A stretch of 64,000 nucleotides of DNA from Candidatus Saccharimonadales bacterium. Its GTDB lineage: Bacteria; Patescibacteriota; Saccharimonadia; Saccharimonadales; JAXHNE01. The notes beneath the pieces are model-generated. The model saw only the letters and a program-made list of their open reading frames with translations, was not told the DNA's origin and made no database searches. The stretch's first letter is position 1; every line of letters starts with the position of its first letter. This document shows, piece after piece, positions 8,489-15,821 of this stretch. The DNA is taken from positions 186,896-250,895 of the forward strand of contig JBFIJL010000001.1 of assembly GCA_041600755.1 (NCBI GenBank), written 5' to 3'. The translations under genes and the position numbers were made by a program.

Positions 8489-9736
8489 CTACCCTTTTCC
8501 ACCAGCTTTTTTATCACATCCACGACACAATCCGCATGGACCACACATTTTCTTTTTCTCTTTTTCTTTCGGTGGTGCTTGGCACGACACACAAAACCTA
8601 TAAGCATTAAAGCTGTAACTTTCTTCGCTGCTTGACTTGCTTCCAAATCCCAACGCTTCCAGAATTGATTTTTCTCCAGAATCAACCCCGGCGCCAAAAG
8701 ATGAGCCGCAGCCACTGAAAGTTTGACCGGCAGCTGCCGCAGCATGGCCAGCGCTCGTGAGAGCCTCGCTGAGTAATGTGTGCTGTACGACCAACGGCCC
8801 GGTAAGCATATTATCTCGGCCTGAATATGTATCAGAGGAATGTATCATTTCTGCGGTCGGGACTGAAAACTGTTGATTATTGTAACGCTGACTAAGCAGT
8901 GCTGCAAAATTGTACATCGATTGGTCGTTTATGGTTCCACGCAAAACTTCTTGAACTGCGTGTTTTACAATATCTGTTTGCTGCAGCACGAACTCATAGG
9001 TATTTTGCTTATTTTCTACGACTTCACGACCAGCGAAATAAATTCCTCCATCATTTTTATGTAACGTTCTGTCATAGACGCCAACCAGCTCTTCGGTCAG
9101 TTTATCGGCCGTCTTATCGGACTGCATGTGCATACGTTGACCCAACAACTCACCAGGTTTTGCATCCTCGCCAAAATGATCGTAGAGCGCCTCAAGTGCA
9201 GCTCGATTACTGCCATCGAGTGTCTGAGAATACATCTCTAAAGTATCTCCGTCTCTTCGAATGACTCGCAAAAATGTCTGCCTTCGCCTCACATTGTATC
9301 CGCCAACATCCACCGGGTAGTGCATCAGCTCATGCGGAAAATCCGAAACAACAATCATTGTGTTTGGGCCGTCTCCCTGCATCAATTCAAGCATCTCATG
9401 ATATTCGTCGAGCTCATGTGCACGGCGGCGTTTTTCAAAGGCAAGCTGGGGTTGTGATTTAATCAGTTCATCGGCATGAACCAATGCGTCATCGAATATA
9501 GCGCCAAGTGCCGACCCATCCTCTGCGTGCAACTCATTTGACGAAACATCATACCTATAACTAGTTGGCGTGCGCATCTGTCCGTCAAGAGCCTCTGCAG
9601 CCCATGTAACGAAGTCTTCACGAACCCGGTACTCTCTATCGAATGATTGACGATAGTCTTGGTTAATTTCAAGGCTTGGAATATCGAACCCAAAGTTCAG
9701 ATTATTTTGTGTTTCAATTCCAGCTGCGACGGCCAT
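8489..9736 (-). CDS. hypothetical protein with Cys-rich C-terminal tail (no family recognised)
   Basis: ATG at 9736 (MAVAAGIETQ...), purine-rich RBS AAGAAGGG 4 nt upstream. 415 aa, no TM or signal peptide. The tail is FCVSCQAPPKEKEKKKMCGPCGLCRGCDKK. Confidence 0.6.
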   Translation of the reverse strand: MAVAAGIETQNNLNFGFDIPSLEINQDYRQSFDREYRVREDFVTWAAEALDGQMRTPTSYRYDVSSNELHAEDGSALGAIFDDALVHADELIKSQPQLAFEKRRRAHELDEYHEMLELMQGDGPNTMIVVSDFPHELMHYPVDVGGYNVRRRQTFLRVIRRDGDTLEMYSQTLDGSNRAALEALYDHFGEDAKPGELLGQRMHMQSDKTADKLTEELVGVYDRTLHKNDGGIYFAGREVVENKQNTYEFVLQQTDIVKHAVQEVLRGTINDQSMYNFAALLSQRYNNQQFSVPTAEMIHSSDTYSGRDNMLTGPLVVQHTLLSEALTSAGHAAAAAGQTFSGCGSSFGAGVDSGEKSILEALGFGSKSSSEESYSFNAYRFCVSCQAPPKEKEKKKMCGPCGLCRGCDKKAGGKG

Positions 9737-9740
9737 GTTA

Positions 9741-9925
9741 CCCTTCTTGCTCGGTGAGCAAAAGAGCAACCGACCTTAGTGGGTGTACTGCTCCTGCTCG
9801 GGAGACTTTTGTTGCTGTATCGGACTTTTTAGCTATTACCTATGTAGGCAGGCTATTACCGTTGCGGCACAGTGAGGGAATTACACCCTACTTCCAGCAT
9901 TACTATGTTAATTACTCACCACTAT
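9741..9925 (-). promoter_or_regulatory. candidate cobalamin riboswitch (aptamer about 9811-9905, expression platform about 9741-9810)
   Basis: The minus-strand read is UGCUGGAAGUAGGGUGUAAUUCCCUCACUGUGCCGCAACGGUAA...AAAAAGUCCGAUACAGCAAC. This matches the remembered core GGGAAG..GGGUG.AAUCCC..C.C.G..CCGC(A/C)ACUGU plus a degenerate B12 box. UGCUG and CAGCA can pair as the box-closing helix. A hairpin at 9743-9764 covers the RBS. Confidence 0.55.
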
Positions 9926-9986
9926 ACTTCAAAATATACCCGCTACATATAGTATTTTTGTATACATTCGCTACACTAGAGTGACT

Positions 9987-10973
9987 ATGATTGAAATTAT
10001 TGATGAGAAATACATTATCGACACGGATCTATCGGATTTTCGTTCTGAAGAAGAAACAATTAATGGCGTCATGCAGCAAGCTGTTAGTGGTCATCAAAAT
10101 GAGCACGACCATTTTACGCCACTGGAATACAACCCAGAAGACTACCCTTTCCAACGTGCGGATTGCATAGGCATGATTGGTCGGGCCGCCACAGCTGACA
10201 CCTTCAAAGGGCTTGCACCTCTGATATTTCCAGCATTCAACGATGTGGTCGACAGAACTATTGATGAACGCGAGGATTTGCTTAATCACTGTGCAGATGT
10301 ACTAGAGCGTGATGATCTGCACGTACTTACCGACCACCGAGATGTAGTTGGAGTAGCTGTAGGCAGTTCACTGATTGCAGCCTCACTCTACACCTCTGGA
10401 AAAGTCTCTCATGACCACATAACTACATCAATTGCAGTCAGCACTATGCTAAAGAACACGGCAATACTTGGATTGCCAGCAGAAAATCTCTTAGTAGACG
10501 TATTCTCCACCACTATGTTTGTCGTTCCTTCATCAAACCCACAAAATAAGCTTCAATTGCCGGCAAACTACTCTAAAAACTTCAATAATGCCAGTCAGGC
10601 TCACACGCCAGAGCGTACCAAGAATGACCTAACGGCCGTTGCCCCAAGCGGAACTCGTGATATTCGCGTTCATCGTTCACTTCGCCCTGGGCACCCGAAA
10701 CCCGGCTACTACGTCGGGCCGCCATCCAACGGAACTATAGAAAAGTACATGACCAATGCTTATTGCCTAGATATGGGGATAGATCTCTCAAAAGAATCAG
10801 ACGGAGTCTATATCGGTGAGATATGGACGCCAAAAGGCAGCTCAGCTGCTCGACTAGCAATAATGGAACATATCGCTAATGGAATATCAGAAACTACTGG
10901 CGTCAAGAGCTACTTCGTCCCAGAACGAGACAAATTCAACGAGCTAAAGAAACATCTGAAAGAACAGTCTTAG
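9987..10973 (+). CDS. hypothetical protein (weak PlsC-type acyltransferase-like motifs)
   Basis: ATG at 9987 (MIEIIDEKY). VLTDHRDVVGV and VAPSGTRDIRV loosely resemble acyltransferase blocks I and III (NHxxxxD / FPEGTR). HX4D is not intact. Confidence 0.3.
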   Translation: MIEIIDEKYIIDTDLSDFRSEEETINGVMQQAVSGHQNEHDHFTPLEYNPEDYPFQRADCIGMIGRAATADTFKGLAPLIFPAFNDVVDRTIDEREDLLNHCADVLERDDLHVLTDHRDVVGVAVGSSLIAASLYTSGKVSHDHITTSIAVSTMLKNTAILGLPAENLLVDVFSTTMFVVPSSNPQNKLQLPANYSKNFNNASQAHTPERTKNDLTAVAPSGTRDIRVHRSLRPGHPKPGYYVGPPSNGTIEKYMTNAYCLDMGIDLSKESDGVYIGEIWTPKGSSAARLAIMEHIANGISETTGVKSYFVPERDKFNELKKHLKEQS

Positions 10974-11395
10974 TTAGCCGGCGTGGAGCTGTCTTCTTGA
11001 ATTGTAACGCTACTAACGTTCACTAGCTGCTTACTAGAAGGACGGTACAAAATTGCGAGCTTACTTTGCGCATAGATGAGTGTCACGTCACCATTTTCAG
11101 CATTTGCAAAAAACGGCTGATCGGTGAGTTTGCTCTTGTCGTTGACTGTAGCTACACTTGGTTCCTCGTTGGCGGGTAGTGCGTATAGCTCACCGACTTC
11201 TGCAACGTATCGGTTAACTTCTTCACGTGCTGCAGCATCGGGATCGGTCTTGAATTCTTCAAGTTTAGCTTGTGCCTCGTTGGCTTGGCTGCGAGCATCA
11301 CTGGCTGCCTTGCGTTCTCGAACATACAAAAATCCTAAAGCACCTACTGCGACAACCAAGACGGCTATCAAAACACTGGTTATAACTTTTTTCAT
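10970..11395 (-). CDS. hypothetical N-terminally anchored protein
   Basis: 141 aa. One N-terminal TM (VITSVLIAVLVVAVGALGFLYV), a charged helix, then a small beta-rich C-terminal domain. 4-nt convergent overlap with the previous gene. Confidence 0.55.
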   Translation of the reverse strand: MKKVITSVLIAVLVVAVGALGFLYVRERKAASDARSQANEAQAKLEEFKTDPDAAAREEVNRYVAEVGELYALPANEEPSVATVNDKSKLTDQPFFANAENGDVTLIYAQSKLAILYRPSSKQLVNVSSVTIQEDSSTPAN

Positions 11396-11457
11396 ATCTA
11401 TGGTTCCCTCTTTCGTTTCTTATGCTTACCTTATCTTACAAGTATGCTGAGGCACCG

Positions 11458-12279
11458 TCAACGAGTAACTACAAGAAGAAGTGCTAGTGAGGCAGCGCTG
11501 ACAAATCGGTAGTACGCAAATGGCCGGATACTGTAGCGCGATACGAATCCAATCAAAAATCGAATTGCCAGCATGCCACTTATAAATGCCGCCAAGAATC
11601 CAACCGCAAACATTGATGCGTTTGCACTAATCTCTGCTCGCGCCTCATTGCCTGCCAAGATTTTTAGTGATGCACCTGCAATAATCGGCAAAGCCATCAA
11701 AAATGAAAAACGCGTTGCTTCAACACGCTTCATACCCAAAAAAAGTCCCGCACTAATTGTCGCACCCGAACGAGACACGCCAGGAACAAGCGCACAGGCT
11801 TGAAGCAATCCGATCTTCACGGCGTCTACTCTAGTCAGATCAAGCATCTTAGTCTTATTCTTAACATCGTCGGCGTAATTTTCGGCTAACAGCATCACAC
11901 CACCAAACACAGCCAGCATCAAGACAACCACCCAGGGTGACCGCAAACTTGTGTCGACAATATCCTGCAAAAGCACTCCGACAATCACCGCGGGAATCGT
12001 AGCAATAGCCAGCATATATGCTAACTTCTTTTGTTTGTCATCGCCTTTGAAATATCCGGAAATTATCTCCCATATATCTCTCTGGAAGTACAAAAATACT
12101 GCCAACAGCGTTCCAACATGAAGTGCAATATCGAAGGCCAGCACACCTTCTTCCATGCCTAGCAACTGATGAAATAACACCAAGTGCCCCGAACTCGAAA
12201 CCGGAATAAACTCAGTAAGTCCCTGCACAATTCCAAGAAGTATCGCCGCAATCATGCCAGCATTATACATCGTAAGCAT
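11458..12279 (-). CDS. uppP: undecaprenyl-diphosphate phosphatase
   Basis: EFIPVSSSGHLVLF and PGVSRSGATI signature motifs. Start taken at ATG 12279; ATG 12270 and 12255 are also possible. Confidence 0.9.
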   Translation of the reverse strand: MLTMYNAGMIAAILLGIVQGLTEFIPVSSSGHLVLFHQLLGMEEGVLAFDIALHVGTLLAVFLYFQRDIWEIISGYFKGDDKQKKLAYMLAIATIPAVIVGVLLQDIVDTSLRSPWVVVLMLAVFGGVMLLAENYADDVKNKTKMLDLTRVDAVKIGLLQACALVPGVSRSGATISAGLFLGMKRVEATRFSFLMALPIIAGASLKILAGNEARAEISANASMFAVGFLAAFISGMLAIRFLIGFVSRYSIRPFAYYRFVSAASLALLLVVTR

Positions 12280-12321
12280 AGGTACTTTGCTTCGGCATCC
12301 ATTTTCTGGGAAGATACATAT

Positions 12322-13224
12322 ATGAAACAACCCCAAAACATTATAGAAGTTACAAACCTACACAAGAAATTCGGCACCTTCAGTGCCCTCGACGGACTCG
12401 ACTTATCTGTTGTCAAAGGCGAAGTTCACGGCTTCCTGGGGCCAAACGGTTCAGGAAAATCCACAACTATTCGCATCCTACTGGGACTATTAAAGAAATC
12501 TGAAGGAAATGTGACTGTGCTTGGCCAAAATCCATGGGATGACGCAGTCAAGATTCACAAAGACATCGCTTACGTTCCTGGCGATGTTGAGCTATGGCCA
12601 CAACTTACAGGTGGTGAAGTGATTGATATTCTTGGCGAGCTCAATGGTGGACTCAACGAAGCAAAGCGAAAAATTCTACTTGAAAGATTTCAACTTGATC
12701 CACGCAAGAAATTTCGTACATATTCCAAAGGAAATCGCCAAAAAGTCGCAATTGTCGCTGCCTTTTCGTCAAACGCCGAAGTCTACATACTCGATGAACC
12801 AACCTCTGGCCTTGATCCACTAATGGAGGCTGCATTTCAGACATGTGTTGAAGAGGTTAAGGAAGATGGCAAGACTGTTCTGTTGTCTAGTCATATACTG
12901 GCAGAAGTTGAAGCTCTTTGTGACCGTGTCACCATTATCAAGGATGGCAAGACGGTAGAAACTGGCACGCTCAGTGAACTGCAGCATCTCCACCATTCGG
13001 CAATCACTGTCCAGACCAAAAAACAGCTGCCTGACCTGGGCAAAATTAAAGGTGTGCATAACTTAAAGCTAATTGATAAAAACTCTGCAACATTTGAATT
13101 AGAGTCGGCTGCATTTGATGAAGTAATGAAAAAACTGAGCAATCTGGGTATCACAAAGCTTACAAGCCATCCACCAGCACTAGAAGAGCTATTTCTACGA
13201 CACTATCAAGCTGAGGGTAAATAA
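12322..13224 (+). CDS. ABC transporter ATP-binding protein (ABC-2/DrrA-like exporter)
   Basis: ATG at 12322. Walker A GPNGSGKST, signature YSKGNRQKV, Walker B VYILDEPTSGLD. Confidence 0.9.
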   Translation: MKQPQNIIEVTNLHKKFGTFSALDGLDLSVVKGEVHGFLGPNGSGKSTTIRILLGLLKKSEGNVTVLGQNPWDDAVKIHKDIAYVPGDVELWPQLTGGEVIDILGELNGGLNEAKRKILLERFQLDPRKKFRTYSKGNRQKVAIVAAFSSNAEVYILDEPTSGLDPLMEAAFQTCVEEVKEDGKTVLLSSHILAEVEALCDRVTIIKDGKTVETGTLSELQHLHHSAITVQTKKQLPDLGKIKGVHNLKLIDKNSATFELESAAFDEVMKKLSNLGITKLTSHPPALEELFLRHYQAEGK

Positions 13225-14859
13225 ATGAAGGAGTTCAAAGGAACACTTAGACTTCTCCGGCTCATTCTGCGCCTGGACCGAATCAAGCTAGGGTTGTGGG
13301 TTATTGGTATCTTGGTGATTGTCGCCACTAGCGCAGCTGCACTTAGCGACGTGTATGGCAACTATGAAGCACAAGTCCAATACGCCGCCACAACGGCCCC
13401 AAGTATAGCTGGGAGGGCGTTTGGTGGACTTGTGGACGGTCCTTCACTTGGATCGATCGCCATGGTTGAGCTTTTCAACTTCACTGCAGTTCTAATTGCA
13501 TTTATGAGCACAATGTTGGTCGTGCGTCATACACGAAAATATGAAGAACTTGGCACGAGCGAAATCATTGGTGCTGGCAGTGTTGGACGCTTTTCTGGGC
13601 TAGCTGCTGCTTTGTTAGCAGCTCTTCTTACGAATATTGTACTGACGATTGGCATGCTGGTAATTCTCAGCACCACCGAGCTAGAAATTACTGGAGCGAT
13701 CGGATTCAGTCTTGCGCTTGGGGCTGTCGGTATACTGTTTGCTGGCTTGGCTGCTGTTTCTGCCCAGCTTGCAGAGTCTGGACGTGGCGCTAATAGTATC
13801 GCTGGTGGTTCAATTGGTGTCGCCTTTGCACTCCGCGCAATTGGCGATGGATTTGGAAAGGTTGGAGTCGATGGCTTAAGCGCCACCCCGATATGGCCAA
13901 CTTGGCTATCTCCTATTGGTATTGCGTATCAAATTTCACCGTTTACCAGTCAGCGCTGGTGGCTTTTTGCAGTTTTGGCGACGCTTATTGCAAGTAGCGT
14001 ACTGGCAGCGTTCTTTATCCTTGGCCGAAGAGATGTTGGACTTGGCCTGCTTCCAAGCCGTCCAGGACCAGCCCGCGCCAAGCAAAATCTACTTCGTTCT
14101 TGGGGGCTTAGTTGGCGCCTACAGCGCGGAACGCTGATTGGCTGGAGTGTTGGGTTTTTGTTGTTTGGTTTAATTATTGGAGGTATGGCACACGAATTTT
14201 CCGACCTGCTTGCTAGCAATCCCGAAGCCAGTGAGGCGCTAGCAGCATTCGGCGGAAGCAACACCAGCATTACTGATGTTTTTTTTGGCGTAACCTTTAG
14301 CTTTGCAGGCATTATTGCAGCGGGCTATGGTGTTCAGTCAATTCTAAGAATTCGTAGCGAAGAAGCCAGTGGACATGTCGAACCTCTACTCGCAACCTCG
14401 TTAAGTCGTGGAAAATGGCTAATCTCTCATATTGGGCTATCGTTTTTGGGGTCTCTATTGCTGCTGGTGGTAGTTGGCACGTCAAGTGCCGTTGTGCATG
14501 TATTTGCATCTGGGGCAGCCTGGAGCGAAGTTCCACGCCTGCTAATTGCAGCACTCAATCAAGCACCAGCCGTACTTGCATTCAGTGGTTTTGTTGCCTT
14601 CATAGTAGCCGCTACGCCACGTTTTGCTGCTTCGATTTCCTGGGCGGCATTCATTGGCAGCTTTATGCTTCTTCAACTTGCGACACTGTTGCGCCTCCCA
14701 GAATGGGTAGTCAATGTATCCCCTTTTACACATGCAGGTGCAGCACCATCCCAACCCGCAGCACTACAAAGCTTAGTAGTGTTATCGATTTTTGCTGGCT
14801 GTTTTACGCTTGCAAGTTTTGTGAGTTTCTGGCGCCGCGATATTAGCTCGAACGCTTAA
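13225..14859 (+). CDS. ABC-2 type exporter permease (12-TM fused form)
   Basis: 544 aa polytopic protein immediately after the ATPase (TAA then ATG). Composition and length are typical of fused ABC-2 permeases. Confidence 0.75.
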   Translation: MKEFKGTLRLLRLILRLDRIKLGLWVIGILVIVATSAAALSDVYGNYEAQVQYAATTAPSIAGRAFGGLVDGPSLGSIAMVELFNFTAVLIAFMSTMLVVRHTRKYEELGTSEIIGAGSVGRFSGLAAALLAALLTNIVLTIGMLVILSTTELEITGAIGFSLALGAVGILFAGLAAVSAQLAESGRGANSIAGGSIGVAFALRAIGDGFGKVGVDGLSATPIWPTWLSPIGIAYQISPFTSQRWWLFAVLATLIASSVLAAFFILGRRDVGLGLLPSRPGPARAKQNLLRSWGLSWRLQRGTLIGWSVGFLLFGLIIGGMAHEFSDLLASNPEASEALAAFGGSNTSITDVFFGVTFSFAGIIAAGYGVQSILRIRSEEASGHVEPLLATSLSRGKWLISHIGLSFLGSLLLLVVVGTSSAVVHVFASGAAWSEVPRLLIAALNQAPAVLAFSGFVAFIVAATPRFAASISWAAFIGSFMLLQLATLLRLPEWVVNVSPFTHAGAAPSQPAALQSLVVLSIFAGCFTLASFVSFWRRDISSNA

Positions 14860-15301
14860 GCTCACTTAGCCGAGTAATAAACGACTGAGCAGCGCCCTCA
14901 AGCCCGAGTACGCGAAGTGCTCCAATCAAAACATAGAGTTTGTCCAACTCATCGTCCGGTGCGGCAGAATGCTCTACTTCAGCAAATATGTGATCAATTT
15001 TTTGGATCAGCCATTTTTCTTCTGATTCACTTACTGCATTTGTTGATAACTTTTTACTGGCCTCAGCTGGCGCCAGCACCTCAAGCGAGCGTGCCTTGTT
15101 GTCGCGCTTCACTAGATGACCTCGCTTTATTAGACTGTTTACGTGCAGCGCAACGGTTGCGACAGATGTGTAGTTACAGCCAGTCATAATTTCGCGGTAG
15201 CTTGGACTGTAGCCATGCTCGGAAATAAAATCAGCAATAAACTGCAGTGTCTCGCGTTGTTTCTTGGTGGGCCGGATAGCGGTTTTGTCTGCCTCTGCCA
15301 T
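14843..15301 (-). CDS. LexA-type winged-helix DNA-binding protein lacking the S24 peptidase domain
   Basis: KKQRETLQFIADFISEHGYSPSYREIMTGCNYTSVATVALHVNSLIKRGHLVKRDNKARSLEV resembles the LexA N-terminal DBD. The C-terminal 70 aa are helical, with no Ser/Lys peptidase motifs. Confidence 0.65.
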   Translation of the reverse strand: MAEADKTAIRPTKKQRETLQFIADFISEHGYSPSYREIMTGCNYTSVATVALHVNSLIKRGHLVKRDNKARSLEVLAPAEASKKLSTNAVSESEEKWLIQKIDHIFAEVEHSAAPDDELDKLYVLIGALRVLGLEGAAQSFITRLSELKRSS

Positions 15302-15303
15302 AT

Positions 15304-15753
15304 TTATTTTCTCTTAGTTCGTGCTTTTTGCTTATTTGGGCGCTTTTTCTTAGCAAATACCCAAAGCGTAAAGAGTAGCCAGTTCCAGACTGTAAAGAAT
15401 GCCGAGCTTATAAACTGACCAATGTAGGGCGTAACGCCAATTTCACGTAATCCGCCCACAATCCCCAGATCAAGAACAAAGTTCACTAGCATCAATCCAT
15501 AATACTTACCTGCACTGGTTTGGATTTGTTTTTTCGATACATTTTTGACGCGAAACACCCAGAAGCGTTCGAGTAAATAATTGACCGTCACGCCCAAGAA
15601 GTAAGAAATCGATTTTGCCCACCAAAAAGAAATGCCAAAAACAGCATCAAATAGAGCATAGGCAGCATAGCCACTCCAAAATTGCGCACCACCGCTCACC
15701 ATATACTCGGCAAATCGTCGAAGCTCGCGCTGCTGTTTCTTTTTGAGTTTCAT
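15304..15753 (-). CDS. GtrA-family membrane protein (polyprenyl-phosphate-sugar handling)
   Basis: 149 aa, four TM segments, basic N- and C-termini, typical GtrA-like architecture. Confidence 0.75.
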   Translation of the reverse strand: MKLKKKQQRELRRFAEYMVSGGAQFWSGYAAYALFDAVFGISFWWAKSISYFLGVTVNYLLERFWVFRVKNVSKKQIQTSAGKYYGLMLVNFVLDLGIVGGLREIGVTPYIGQFISSAFFTVWNWLLFTLWVFAKKKRPNKQKARTKRK

Positions 15754-15821
15754 TTTTGTGTTCCTTTTATGGTAAATAGTATACCACTATCAATTTGTCT
15801 TCGGTGGTACAATGGTGGTTA

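Noticed and set aside
8489-8491. TAG reassigned as a sense codon (alternative genetic code)
   Set aside because: Other well-defined genes in the window, such as aspS (1472-1474) and rpmH (55390-55392), terminate at TAG at the expected protein length. A global reassignment is therefore not supported.
9815-9835. AAAGUCC string reminiscent of the RNase P RNA CR-I motif (GAGGAAAGUCCGGGC)
   Set aside because: Only a 7-nt match. The spacer is far too short for an RNase P RNA and lacks the other conserved regions. The string is better explained as the B12-box region.
9676-9984. 102-aa plus-strand ORF across the 9737-9986 spacer
   Set aside because: It overlaps the structured leader/riboswitch candidate and the 5' end of the minus-strand gene. 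Its composition is not protein-like and it has no RBS.
13527-14754. Antisense and off-frame ORFs inside the ABC permease (13527..13886, 13950..14312, 14415..14846 and others), with similar cases inside aspS, glmS and the SGNH gene
   Set aside because: They are shadow ORFs of strongly supported genes and show biased Arg/Ser/Cys/Pro composition.
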